Positions 1 to 10,332 of a stretch of DNA of 64,000 nucleotides are shown here, in pieces. The translations under genes were made by a program, and so were the position numbers. The notes beneath the pieces are model-generated. The model worked only from the letters and a program-made list of their open reading frames with translations. It did not search any database and was not told the DNA's origin. This stretch comes from an uncultured Planctomycetales bacterium. GTDB taxonomy: Bacteria > Omnitrophota > Gorgyraeia > Zapsychrales > JAHFFX01. How positions within the stretch are numbered: the first letter of the stretch is position 1; every line of letters starts with the position of its first letter. The DNA lies in contig CAYXGG010000004.1 of the NCBI GenBank assembly GCA_964464475.1, forward strand, positions 4,940 to 68,939. Reading direction: 5' to 3'.

Positions 1-3000
1 TTTTCACACTTGAAGCAGCCTTGTTCATCAAAAAATTGCAAATCAGCACACGACTGAATTTTTTCTTCGCAACGGAAACAGGGTACCCCTTGTTTGGTCT
101 TATCCGCGGGGACGCACGCGTGATCCGTTTGTTGCTGACACGCCGCGCACTCGCTCTCCGACAATAGTTTTAATTCAGCACATTGTTGTGGTTTCTCTTG
201 GCAACGGAAACAAGGCAACCCTTCCTTGGTCTTTTGAGCGGCAATACATTCCTGTCGCTGATCTTGCACACACGTGGTACAATCCGCTTCGCCAAGCAAC
301 GCAAGATCGGCGCACGTTTCGGGCTTATCAACACAGCTAAAACACGGTAACCCTTCTTTGGTGGCAGCCGCAGATTTACATTCCTTACGCGGATTTTGCG
401 CGCAGGCCTGACATTGGGCCTCAGTCAGAGAACCTAATTCCTCGCAAGTCTGCGGCCGATCTAAGCAGACATAACATTGCTCTCCCTGATTTGTTTGCTG
501 AGCGGTTTTGCATTCCTTTTTAGGATTGCGCGCGCACGCATTACATTGCATTTTATTTAACAACTCCAAATCGGCGCACGTCTCAGGTTTATCAGCGCAC
601 GTAAAGCAAGCCTCTCCCTGTTTGGTTTTCTGAGCCGGTTGGCAAATTTTCTTAGAGTTCTGCGAACATTCTGCGCACTGCGCTTGACTAATTAAATTCA
701 GATCAAGGCAGGTCTGCGGTCGGTCATCGCAGCGGAAACACTCCAATCCTTCTTTAGTTTTTTGCGCCGAGACGCATTGTTTGCGCGAGTCGGCTTGGCA
801 TTCCAAACATTCTTCATTATTCAGCAAACTCAAATCCTGACAAGTTTGCGGTCGATCAACGCAGCTAAAGCACTGTTCACCGGACTGACTTTTCTGACCG
901 GCCACGCACTGTTTAGTTTTATCTTTAGTACAAATAACGCATTCTTCGGCATTGATCAATTTCAAATCGTGGCATTGCTGCGGCTTTTCTTGGCAACGGA
1001 AACAAGGCAGTCCTTCTTTGGTCTTCTCGGCGGGAACGCATTGTTGACGAGGATCCTGAGCGCAGGTCGCGCAATCAACTTCACTTAACAAACTCAAATC
1101 CGCGCAAGTCTGCGGCTTATCAACACAAGCAAAACACGCTAAGCCTTCTTTCGTTGTCGGCCCCGGCTGACAAATCTTGCCCTTCTCGCTTTGGCACTGA
1201 GCGCAAGCTGCTTCATCAATAGCCCCCACATCCGCGCAGGTTTGCGGTTTAGGAGTACAGGTAAAACACGGTAAGCCTTCTTTAGTAGCTTGTGCAGGAC
1301 GACATTCATTTTTTGCATCTTGCAAACAAGCCGCGCAATCCGCTTCGGTCAACAATTTCAAATCAGCGCATTGTTGTGGTTTATCAACGCACGCCCAGCA
1401 CGCCATCCCTTCCCGCGTCACTTCTCCCGGCTTACATTCTTTACGTGGATCCTTAGCGCAGCGACGGCAATCACTCTCCGACAAATAGCCAATATCTCCG
1501 CAAGTTTGTGGTTTGTCCTGGCAACGGAAGCACTGTTGCCCTTGATTAGTTTTGTTACCTTCTACGCATTCTTTTTTAGGGTTTTTCGCGCAGCCTAAGC
1601 ATTCCTCCGCGGTCATCTGCTCAAAATCAATACAGGCTTGCGGCTTTTCCTGGCAACGGAAACAAGGCAGTCCTTCTTTGGTCTTCTCGGCGGGAACGCA
1701 TTGTTGACGAGGATCCTGAGCGCAGGTCGCGCAATCAACTTCACTTAACAAACTCAAATCCGCGCAAGTCTGCGGCTTATCAACACAAGCAAAACACTGA
1801 ACCCCTTCCTTCGTTTTTTCTCCAGGACGACATTCCTTCTTGGCATCTTCAGCGCATCGATCGCAATTAGGCTGATCAATCAATCCTAAATCCAGACAAG
1901 TCTGCGGGCGGTCAACACAAGAATAGCATTGTTCACCTTCTTTAGTTTTCTTAGCCGCTAAACACTCTTTTAATGGTGACGTGGCTAAACAAGCGCGGCA
2001 ATCGTCCGCGGTCAACAAATTAAAATCTGGACACTTCTGCGGCTTGTCTTGACAGCGATAACAAGGAAGTCCTTCTTTAGTTTTCTGATCGGCAACGCAT
2101 TCTTTAGTTGGATCCTGAGCGCACACAGCGCAATCGGACTCGGCCAACAATTTAATATCCGAGCACATCTGCGGTTTATCAACACAAGCGAAACACAACT
2201 GCCCCTCTTCGGTCTTCCCAGCGGCTTTACATTCCTTTTTAGGATCCTGCAAACATTTCCGGCAATCTTCTTGGCCAATCAAGTTTAACTCTGAGCACTG
2301 CTGAGGCTTTTGTTCACACTTAAAACAATTTTCCCCTTCTTTAGTTTGGGCACCAGGAACGCATTGTTTTTTAGGATCTTTTGCGCAAGCCCCACATTCG
2401 GGCTGGGACAGTAGCTGTAAATCAGCGCAGGTTTGCGGCCGATCTTGACAGACAAAACATTGTTCGCCCTGTTTATTTTTTTCTTTAGCGACGCATTCTT
2501 TTTTAGGATCTTGCGCGCAGGCTGTACAATCTTTTTCGGCCAACAATTTAATGTCCGCGCAAGTTTGCGGTTTTTCAACACAGTTAAAACACGCTTCTCC
2601 CTGTTTCGTCGTCTGTGCGGCCACACACTCTCGACCGGGAGTCTGACGGCAGGAATCGCAATCCGCCTGAGAAAGCAACTTAAGATCCGCACATGTCTCG
2701 GGCTTATCAACACACTGAAAACAAGGCTGGCCTTGTTTAGTCGCTTGTGCCGGCTGACACAATTTTCGTGGATCAGCTAAACACGACGAACAATCTTGCT
2801 CGGTTAATAATTTTAGATCCGCGCACTGCTGAGGCTTTTCAAGGCAAGCAAAACACGGCTGTCCTTCTCGAGTTTTCTGAGCAGGCTGGCAGGCAAACGC
2901 CGGATTAACTGCGCATTGAACGCATTCTGATTCCGCCAACAACTTCAAGTCAGAACAAGTCTGCGGTTTATCCGCACAAATAAAACAGGAAATACCCTCT

Positions 3001-3915
3001 TTGGTTTTCTCACCAGCCTTACACTCCTTATTGGGCTCGCGCGTCATACAGCGACGACAATCACCTTCCGAAAGTTGGCCAAGATCACCACAGGACTGCG
3101 GCTTATCCTGGCATCGATAGCAAGGATTGCCTTGCTTCGTTTTCTCAGCAGGAACACATTCTTTCTTAGGATCTTGGGCGCAAGCGAGGCAATCATCCGC
3201 CGTCATTAATTGCAAGTCCGCGCACTGCTGCGGTTTTTCTTCGCAGGTAAAACAATTTTGTCCCTGTTTGGTTTTGGGTCCCGGGACACATTGCTTGGTC
3301 GGATCCTGGGCACACACAGAGCATCCGGCTTCATCCAAAGCCTTCAAATCAGCACAGGTTTGGGGTTTTTCTTCGCAAACAAAACACGCTTCTCCCTGTT
3401 TGGTTTTCTGTCCAGGAACGCATTGTTTGGTCCCATCCTGAAGACAGGCCGCGCAATCTGCCTCAGTCAATTGCTGCAAATCAACACAAGTTTGAGGCTT
3501 TTCAACGCATTGGAAACAAGGCTGACCTTGCTTAGTCGCTGGAGCGGGACGACACTCTTTACCCGGTTGGGCTGCGCACGGCTTACAATCTGCTTCTGAT
3601 AATAGCTGAAGATCTGCACACGTTTCCGGCTTTTCCTGGCAACGATAGCAGGCCTTACCATCTTTGGTTTTGCTATCGGCCAAACATTCTTTTTTGGGAT
3701 CCTGAGCACAGGTAACACATCCCGCTTCATCCAATAAATTCAGGTCAGAACATTCCTCAGGTTTAGCAACACAGGCAAAGCATTGCTCACCTTTTTGGGT
3801 TTTCTGAGTTGGCGTGCAAACTTGTTTAGAATCGCGCGCGCACGCCGCACAATCAGCTTCGGTCAGTAAACCCAATTCCTTACAATTTAGCGATTTTGGT
3901 GAACACTGGTAGCAC
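1..3915 (-). repeat. Intragenic tandem repeat array, 132-bp period (44 codons), about 30 units, continuing past the window edge
   Basis: Visible periodicity of motifs such as tctgcggcttatcaacacaagcaaaacac and ttggcaacggaaacaaggca. Two units are base-identical (992-1137 and 1652-1797, offset 660 bp = 5 x 132). Confidence 0.85.
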
Positions 3916-4851
3916 GATTGAGGTTCCCGCCCGTCAGTAAAATTAATCGTGTTGGTTGGGAGACATTCTCGAGAAGGATCCTGGCATTGTTCTTGGCATG
4001 ACGCCAACGCCATGGTCCCTGGATAACGCTGCGAACAACCGAAATCACCTTTAGCTTCGCACCGAAAACATTGTTCGCCCCAATTCGTCACTTGAGCGGG
4101 AACGCATTCTTGAGCGCTATCCTGCCAACAAGTATCACATTGATCTAACGACAGCAACCCTAAACTGGGACAGTCTTGAGGTTTTTCAAGGCAGGCATAA
4201 CAAAGCAATTTTGATTGACCATCGCTAGCAGGACCGACGGCGTCAATAACACAAGTCTTTTGGGGATCCTGACAATTTTGTTGGCAAGTTTCTTGAGAAA
4301 ACAGTCCTGGCTGGACTTTGGCGCACTCCTGGTCAATCTTTGACTGGCAGGTATAGCAAGATTCGCCCAGATTAGTCTGGCCGGCAAACTCGCAAATATC
4401 GCCTTTTTGCCCGCAAACATGACACGCTTCAGTATCAATCCAGCCCAAATCCGGACACGTCTGGGGCTTACCTAAGCATTGATAACAAACAACTTCGCGA
4501 TTAACACCCTCTGGTCGGAAAAAATCCGTGGCTTGACATTGGCGGCCTTCTCCGCGGCACTCAATCTCGCAAAGCTCCTTAGGCATGGTTCCGGGAAAAC
4601 GTTTGGAGCATTCAGATTCCACATTTTTCTTACAATCATAGCAAGCACCGTCCTGCCCCATGCCAGCAAAAACGCAATTCAACTGGCATTGAGTTTCACA
4701 TTCAACCACCGTCATGTGGCCTAAATCACGACAAGTAGCAGCCCACAATAAGGTTGGCAAAAACAAAAAAGTAAGGAAAACGGCTACGGCAGGAATGAAC
4801 CGCGAAAGATTTTGCTGCAAATGCCTATAGTTTGATACCTGAGAAAGCATG
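1..4851 (-). CDS. Giant secreted cysteine-rich tandem-repeat protein, partial (C-terminus beyond window start); >=1617 aa; about 30 copies of a 44-aa six-Cys repeat after a signal peptide and a distinct Cys-rich N-terminal region
   Basis: Hand translation of the minus strand from ATG at 4851 gives MLSQVSNYRHLQQNLSRFIPAVAVFLTFLFLPTLLWAATC..., a signal peptide, then an uninterrupted frame to position 1. Every 44 codons the motif ...G.PCFRCQ(D/E)KPQTCADL.LL(S/T)E.DC..CAQDPKKECVPA.KTK(Q/E)G... recurs. The ORF track omits it because no stop lies in the window. The plus-strand ORFs listed at 762-3599 are antisense artefacts of this gene. Confidence 0.8.
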
Positions 4852-4953
4852 TACGGTGATTTCTCCAAAACTGCGATTATTGACCTTTTCTATTCCAAAT
4901 ACTTAAAAGGAAGTCAATACTGCCTTTTCTCTAAAGGAGAAAAGGCGTGTAAC

Positions 4954-5352
4954 TTACGGCTGTATCAGTTTACGACTAAGCAACACATTATCTTCATACA
5001 TTTCTTCAGCCAGCTGCTGCCCCTGGTTGTTATAACGCTTAAACAGGCCATGCATTTTATCTGCCCGATAAGTACCTTCCACTTTTAATTGCCCGTTTTC
5101 ATAAAAAATACGATATAACCCCTCCCGCAAACCCAAACGATAAGCAATTTCGGACTTAAGTTGCCCATTATCGTAATAAAGCTTCAATGTTCCCTGGTGT
5201 TTACGATCCTTAAGCGGTTTTATATTCAAAGTTTCCTGCTTAGGCTTGCTGGCTTGCAGTCCAAATAAATTAAAATTCTTGAAACCGTTGGTAATAAAGA
5301 AGATGGCGATAGTAAGACAAAGTGAAATGACGATGAAATAAATTTTTTTCAT
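4954..5352 (-). CDS. Small secreted/membrane-anchored MORN-variant repeat protein (YwqK-like)
   Basis: N-terminal hydrophobic segment, then repeated YxNGQLK...EG.Y motifs (YYDNGQLKSE, FYENGQLKVEGTY) typical of MORN/YwqK repeats. Confidence 0.5.
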   Translation of the reverse strand: MKKIYFIVISLCLTIAIFFITNGFKNFNLFGLQASKPKQETLNIKPLKDRKHQGTLKLYYDNGQLKSEIAYRLGLREGLYRIFYENGQLKVEGTYRADKMHGLFKRYNNQGQQLAEEMYEDNVLLSRKLIQP

Positions 5353-5554
5353 AGGTCAGCTAAGCACCTCAAGTCACGCGTTCCACAATTTTTGCTGAAG
5401 CCTAACTCCTTTGGCCTGTTTATTTTAATACAATAATTTCAAAAAGCTAACATCTTATTTTCTTTTTCAACAGGAGGGGCCGGCTCTGCGAACGTTGTTC
5501 GCAGAGCCGGCCCCCACTTAAATGTAGCACATCCCGTGATAAAATGGCTAGGGA

Positions 5555-6082
5555 TTATTTTACTCGAGCAAACTTAAAAACGCTGGTCTGACCAAGCTTC
5601 CCGTTTTCATAGTCTGTCCAGGACTGTTCAATATTGTCTTGATCAATAAAGGTCAGCTTCAAATGATGCATATGCTTATCTTGAGCAAGATTAATATCTG
5701 CCGAAGCTCCGGCCTCTAATTCTAGCTCTTTACTATTTGCCGTTTTTAGCTTCAAATGCGGACGATTTCCTAAAGCGCAATAATGTGTCATGGCCAATCG
5801 ACCCCCCTCATCAAAATAAACCGATACCATTTCATGAGGTGTTCCTGGAAAAAGTCGTTCCACCACCGCGCTATTATTTGAAATCACCTGATATTCCACT
5901 CTTAGTTGCTGGGCCTGACCATTCATATCAGCAACCCCTTCCCAAGCACCTGCCAATTGCTTAACACGTTCCAATTCGGCCGAACCCGAATAAGCAGCAG
6001 GAAGCATGCTTTCTTCCGCAGTGACGCGCCCGCCCAAAAACATCACCCCCAACAACCCTAAAAATAATACGCGCTTCTTCAT
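5555..6082 (-). CDS. Hypothetical periplasmic protein (signal peptide)
   Basis: 175-aa ORF with the classic signal peptide MKKRVLFLGLLGVMFLGG...AEE; no recognisable family. Confidence 0.45.
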   Translation of the reverse strand: MKKRVLFLGLLGVMFLGGRVTAEESMLPAAYSGSAELERVKQLAGAWEGVADMNGQAQQLRVEYQVISNNSAVVERLFPGTPHEMVSVYFDEGGRLAMTHYCALGNRPHLKLKTANSKELELEAGASADINLAQDKHMHHLKLTFIDQDNIEQSWTDYENGKLGQTSVFKFARVK

Positions 6083-7473
6083 TTTTCCTCCTTGTGGTTT
6101 TGGTCAACAGGGCAGGTCCCCAGTTGACACAGATAAGCCGCCGCTTCATGATCACTGGGATCAAGTCGCACGACTTTACGAAAATTCTCAGCAGCTTCTG
6201 AATTTCGTCCCAGTCTTAAATTTTCTTGGCCCAATAAAAAATGAACCCTCGCACTTTGTCCGGCAAATCGCGCGGTGTATTCAAATAAACTTAACGCGTT
6301 GTGCCAATAATTATTGTGAACCACCGTCCCATAACTCAAAAAAAGCAAGTACCCGACTAAGCTTAGATTACGAACTTGGCTTTCCCAACGAAAATTCTTT
6401 AAACCCTCGGTGACCAAACAACACGTCGCCAGCCATATACCCCAGGATGGGAAATACAACCAACCTTCCGCCATATACGCATTAATCGGAAAAATCGAAA
6501 CCGGTAGCAACGTCACCATAAACCACCCAATCCCCAAAGCTACCAGCGGCTTTCGCTGTCGCCACCAGAAAAACAATCCGAGCAAACCTAACCACAGCAT
6601 TAGCCCTAACCGAAAAGTTGTATTTCCCGTAGTAAACAGAAAATTCCCATACTCCATGTGCAACTGCTGAGGAAAAAACAACAACTTAAAATATTGAACT
6701 ACCGCGACAAAAAAACCAGGAATCTTTAAATACAATGGAACATCATACCTAAGTGGGAACAGCACATCGTAAACCACCGTCAGTCGCCATCCCAAATAAA
6801 ATACCGTCAAAGCGAGCAAACCAAGAAATAATTTAGGTTGCCAAGTTTTTGGCTGTGTCAGGTGATAGGCTCCCAACAACACAGGAAAAATAATCGCGTG
6901 CTCTTTAGCTAACAAAGCTAGAACATAACAACCCAAACAAACTAATGACCAACAAACCGTTGTCTGCGATTTGGTCTTAATGTACGCAATCCAAGAAACT
7001 AATAAGAAAAAAGCACATAGAATGTCTGCCCGGGCGGAAATATAAGCCACGACGGATGTATGAACGGGATGCGCCGCCCAGATTAAACTGGCACAAAGCG
7101 ATACCCCCTGCTTTCCCGTTAACGCCAGCAACAAAAAATATCCCGCTATGGCAACACACGCATGCCCCGCAACACTCACCCCATGAAAAATAACGGGATT
7201 AAGCCCTCCTAAACAATAATTAATGCAATAAGAAAGATTCTGGAGCGGACGGTAAAAATTAAAACTTTTTTGGCTTCCCGCAGCCAAATCAGTTAATAAA
7301 ATATTTTTCCACTGGCAGACTGGATGAATAAAAGAATTGTTCGTCACGAGGGCTCGATCATCCCAAACAAAATCCCCTCGTAGCGAATTAGCATACAGAA
7401 AAATAACCAGCACCAGGAGCAACAGGACACTGGTCGATCGAGAAAAAATACGTGCTGAGAAATCCATAGGCAA
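6079..7473 (-). CDS. Polytopic membrane protein with C-terminal TPR repeats (TMTC/DUF1736-like, glycosyltransferase-39-like)
   Basis: N-terminal YANSLRGDFVWDD motif typical of TMTC/DUF1736 proteins, many TM segments, and a C-terminal TPR-like segment (AAENFRKVVRLDPSDHEAAAYL). Confidence 0.5.
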   Translation of the reverse strand: MPMDFSARIFSRSTSVLLLLVLVIFLYANSLRGDFVWDDRALVTNNSFIHPVCQWKNILLTDLAAGSQKSFNFYRPLQNLSYCINYCLGGLNPVIFHGVSVAGHACVAIAGYFLLLALTGKQGVSLCASLIWAAHPVHTSVVAYISARADILCAFFLLVSWIAYIKTKSQTTVCWSLVCLGCYVLALLAKEHAIIFPVLLGAYHLTQPKTWQPKLFLGLLALTVFYLGWRLTVVYDVLFPLRYDVPLYLKIPGFFVAVVQYFKLLFFPQQLHMEYGNFLFTTGNTTFRLGLMLWLGLLGLFFWWRQRKPLVALGIGWFMVTLLPVSIFPINAYMAEGWLYFPSWGIWLATCCLVTEGLKNFRWESQVRNLSLVGYLLFLSYGTVVHNNYWHNALSLFEYTARFAGQSARVHFLLGQENLRLGRNSEAAENFRKVVRLDPSDHEAAAYLCQLGTCPVDQNHKEEK

Positions 7474-7570
7474 ATCTTAGCAGAAATTTAGTTATTACCT
7501 GGATAGAATTTATTGTTTATGGATACCTTAACCGGAGAGAAAAAACTTAAAAAGATTAACTCTTGAACAA

Positions 7571-7615
7571 TGAAACAAAAAGGCCCTCTGTTCGCCTATC
7601 GGCGAACAGAGGGCC
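7571..7615 (-). terminator. Rho-independent terminator downstream of the 7631-7813 gene
   Basis: Perfect 15-bp GC-rich stem ggccctctgttcgcc/ggcgaacagagggcc with loop tatc. It is followed on the minus strand by a T-run (plus-strand aaacaaaaa). Confidence 0.55.
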
Positions 7616-7630
7616 TCATCACGACCAAAA

Positions 7631-7813
7631 CTACCCCTTAACTCTTCTTTTCTCCAGGGTGTAATAAAGAAAAAACCCTATCACTGGTAAAAAAATTATC
7701 AAGGCAATCCAGAACGCTTTTTTTTTCGGCTCGATTGTCGTCATTAGGCAATCGAAAATCGCCCACGCATATAACGTAACGACAATTAATCCAAAAAATC
7801 GTTCCATAACCAA
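7631..7813 (-). CDS. Small membrane protein, PLD-nuclease N-terminal (PLDc_N) domain family
   Basis: 60 aa with two TM helices and the WAIFDCL...P.IG..LYY pattern characteristic of PLDc_N small proteins. Confidence 0.5.
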   Translation of the reverse strand: MVMERFFGLIVVTLYAWAIFDCLMTTIEPKKKAFWIALIIFLPVIGFFLYYTLEKRRVKG

Positions 7814-7817
7814 AAGG

Positions 7818-8333
7818 TTACTTACCTAAAGCGTCGGTTAATTTGTTGGTGGCATTGCCCATAGTCTGGGACAGATCGCTACCACCAATTTCCTTAATTT
7901 TTTCCTGGGCCAATTTTTGGATAGCCGCGATGGCTTGTTCAAGAATGCTCTTGGCTTCCGCAGAATTAGGATCCTTCGCCAAAATTTGCTCAGCCGAGGT
8001 TTTGGCTTCTTCAAAATTGTTATTAGCTAAAGCTTCTTTGGCTTTGGCAATCCAAGCTTGAATCTCAGATTGATCGGCGGCCGGAGCTTGCGCTTGTTCA
8101 ACCTGCTGCTGAACCGCTTGAGTCACTTCTTTAACGCCTTCCGCGACCTGCTGGGTTGCGTCCTTGGTAGTTTCGGTTACCGTCTGTGCCGCTTGCTGTA
8201 TGTTCTGCTGCAAAGAAGCAGCTTGTTGTTCAATCGCTGGAGCCGCGCCTTGATTGCTGGATTGTTGTTGACCGCAACCAGCCACGAAACTCACCATCGC
8301 CAAAACTGATAAACTTAAAACATTCTTCTTCAT
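7818..8333 (-). CDS. Gln/Ala-rich lipoprotein
   Basis: Signal peptide with lipobox (VAGC); low-complexity Q/A-rich helical region with a TPR-like C-terminus. Confidence 0.5.
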   Translation of the reverse strand: MKKNVLSLSVLAMVSFVAGCGQQQSSNQGAAPAIEQQAASLQQNIQQAAQTVTETTKDATQQVAEGVKEVTQAVQQQVEQAQAPAADQSEIQAWIAKAKEALANNNFEEAKTSAEQILAKDPNSAEAKSILEQAIAAIQKLAQEKIKEIGGSDLSQTMGNATNKLTDALGK

Positions 8334-8364
8334 TTCTGATTCCTTTCTTTTGTTTTTTCTTTCC

Positions 8365-8401
8365 TAAAAAATTTCCCCCGCGGTTTTGTCCAACGGGGGA
8401 A
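8365..8401 (-). terminator. Rho-independent terminator of mscL
   Basis: 9-bp stem tttcccccg/cgggggaaa followed on the minus strand by TTTTTT, immediately 3' of mscL. Confidence 0.55.
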
Positions 8402-8422
8402 ATTGATTCTCTAAGATAAAAA

Positions 8423-8824
8423 TTATTTATGTTTCAACGCGTCCCTAATTTCCATTAACAACAACTGGTCCTTCGTGGGTGGCGGTGGAGCAGACGGTTT
8501 TTCTTCTTCTTTCTTTTTTAAAGAATTCATACCTTTAACCATCATAAAAATAGCGAAAGCGACAATCAAAAAATCAAAAGAAGTTTGCAAAAAATTACCA
8601 TAATTAAGCGTAACCGCCTCTTTACCCGCTTCAGCTTGTTTTAAGATCAACTTCAAATCTGTAAAATTAACGCCACCGGTTAACAACCCAATCGGTGGCA
8701 TGACCACATCCGCCACTAACGAAGAAACAATCTTACCGAAGGCGCCACCAATAATGACCCCCACGGCCAGATCCATGACGTTCCCTCTCATCGCAAAAGC
8801 CTTAAACTCATTGATCATGCTCAT
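8423..8824 (-). CDS. mscL: Large-conductance mechanosensitive channel MscL
   Basis: N-terminus [46 protein letters not shown] is a near-canonical MscL signature; two TM helices; 133 aa. Confidence 0.9.
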   Translation of the reverse strand: MSMINEFKAFAMRGNVMDLAVGVIIGGAFGKIVSSLVADVVMPPIGLLTGGVNFTDLKLILKQAEAGKEAVTLNYGNFLQTSFDFLIVAFAIFMMVKGMNSLKKKEEEKPSAPPPPTKDQLLLMEIRDALKHK

Positions 8825-8961
8825 GTACTTCCTCCTTTTAAGTTATTTGTCCCCCCCCTGAACGGGGAGTACTATATATGAGGGACCCCTGTTAAGCAAG
8901 AATATTTTATGAGATAAAAAACTAATCCACCGCAACTTATAGAATAAGCTAAGATATATTT

Positions 8962-9777
8962 GTGACCTTAGCCATCCTCCGACACCCACTCTCTGTGATG
9001 CACGGGCTACCAGGAAGCATTCTGGTGATCGCCCTGATAGTTTCTCAATTATGGGCCGATCCACTCCCTCCAGCCTCCCAAGAAAATTTCCGCACAGTGA
9101 TCACCAGCCTTCCAGATCAACAGCCGCGAGCAACCACAATACAACGAACCACTTTCCTTCCAGATCAACAACATTACGTGTTACAGGAATATGGGATGGG
9201 AAGCCTGGGAAAATTCAATCAGCTACGCTGGGACCTGGAATCAAAATTCAAAATCAACTCTGGTCATTACAGCGTTTTACGAACCAGCCGTGAGGGTCGT
9301 TCTGCGGAGAAAAGAATTCTTTTCTCGGAAAACATTTACTACGATTACGCAAATAAAAGAATCACCTTCACCCGGGTCAAAGGGGCAGATGGCATTCCGG
9401 AACAAACAATTTTTCCGCTAACCAACCCAACCACTGACTATGCGACCTTGTTTCATTTCATGCAAAACGAAATTAATTGGGAAAAACGAACGAATTGTTC
9501 CTTTTATCTAGTAACCAGTAAACCCAGCCTTGAAAAAATCAATGTTAAATTCCTCAGTCGGGAAAAAATCTCTACAGGGCAAGAGGCAATCAATGCTCTG
9601 AAAGTCCAGTTGATCTTTGATCAAGGAATTTTAGACAATCTCTTTGCCGGCTTTATTCCTAGCACGTTTATTTGGGTTGAGGACCAGCCTCCTTACCGCT
9701 GGATCAAATACGAAGGACCGGAATTGGGGGACAGCGCAACAATCATCCGCATTGAACGTCAAAAACTTATTCCCTAG
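8962..9777 (+). CDS. Hypothetical secreted protein
   Basis: Signal-peptide-like N-terminus; no recognisable family. Alternative start at M13 (8998). Confidence 0.4.
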   Translation: MTLAILRHPLSVMHGLPGSILVIALIVSQLWADPLPPASQENFRTVITSLPDQQPRATTIQRTTFLPDQQHYVLQEYGMGSLGKFNQLRWDLESKFKINSGHYSVLRTSREGRSAEKRILFSENIYYDYANKRITFTRVKGADGIPEQTIFPLTNPTTDYATLFHFMQNEINWEKRTNCSFYLVTSKPSLEKINVKFLSREKISTGQEAINALKVQLIFDQGILDNLFAGFIPSTFIWVEDQPPYRWIKYEGPELGDSATIIRIERQKLIP

Positions 9778-9789
9778 AAAAATTATTCG

Positions 9790-10332
9790 CTACGGGCTAA
9801 ACCTAAAAGTCTTTAAAACCAAAAAATAGACTGGCGTCCATTCTCTTAAGCCGATTAATTGCGGAAAATGACCTTCCACTTCATAGTCCACACCCCGAAA
9901 TGAAAAAAGCGTAAAATACACTTTCTCATCTTTGGCATTAAAAACCAACTGCTTCGCCGGCTGCCCGGCGACCTGATAAAAACTCTCGATTTTGAGGACC
10001 TCATACGTTTCAGAAAGCTGTTGGACAATGGCAGCCGAAATTTCGGGATCGGCTGCGGCTTTACGCACTTCAATCCAGGCAAAACGCTCCTCCCCCGCAT
10101 GTTTAATTTTAGGCGAAACAAATATGACAGAAGGAATCCCCTCCACCTTCCCAACCTGCAAGCTCCATAATGAGGGATAACGCAGCTGAAACCGATACTC
10201 AATATCTCGATAAGATTTAACAAATAAAAAACAAAAGACAAGAGTGGCCCCCAGAATGGCAAAAAGAATTGACCGGTATGGCTCTGGAATTTTTAGCCTT
10301 GGCGAGAAAGCCGTTGTGGGCTGACGATTCAC
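9790..10332 (-). CDS. Hypothetical membrane-anchored protein, translationally abutting the upstream DUF853 ATPase
   Basis: 180 aa; a single N-terminal TM helix (SILFAILGATLVFCFLFV) then a soluble domain. Its start is adjacent to the stop of the 10333-11952 gene. Confidence 0.4.
   Translation of the reverse strand: MNRQPTTAFSPRLKIPEPYRSILFAILGATLVFCFLFVKSYRDIEYRFQLRYPSLWSLQVGKVEGIPSVIFVSPKIKHAGEERFAWIEVRKAAADPEISAAIVQQLSETYEVLKIESFYQVAGQPAKQLVFNAKDEKVYFTLFSFRGVDYEVEGHFPQLIGLREWTPVYFLVLKTFRFSP

Noticed and set aside
762-3599. Eight plus-strand ORFs of 79-142 aa from the ORF track (762-1088, 1290-1598, 2049-2288, 2433-2780, 3127-3441, 3210-3599 and the minus-strand 2012-2278, 2285-2713 in other frames)
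   Set aside because: They lie antisense or out of frame within the giant minus-strand repeat gene. Their open frames are a by-product of the periodic, stop-poor repeat composition. The -1 frame from 4851 is continuous and has coherent protein features.
1-4700. CRISPR array
   Set aside because: The periodic repeats are 132 bp, contiguous with no unique spacers, protein-coding in one frame, and have no cas genes nearby.
4725-4851. Apparent frameshift or T-tract slip site at the 5' end of the giant repeat gene
   Set aside because: My first hand-translation suggested a stop after a 41-codon signal-peptide ORF. Recounting base by base shows the T-run is 6 nt, not 7. The frame from ATG 4851 runs straight through the second Met (4716) into the Cys-rich region. 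No frameshift is needed.
9855-10262. Nested or antisense ORFs inside well-supported genes (e.g. 9855-10262, 6006-6413, 11264-11506, 20629-21078, 22977-23390, 37814-38032, 48813-49196, 53505-53845)
   Set aside because: Each lies within a longer ORF with clear family signatures on the same or opposite strand. None has signal peptides, ribosome-binding sites or motifs of its own.
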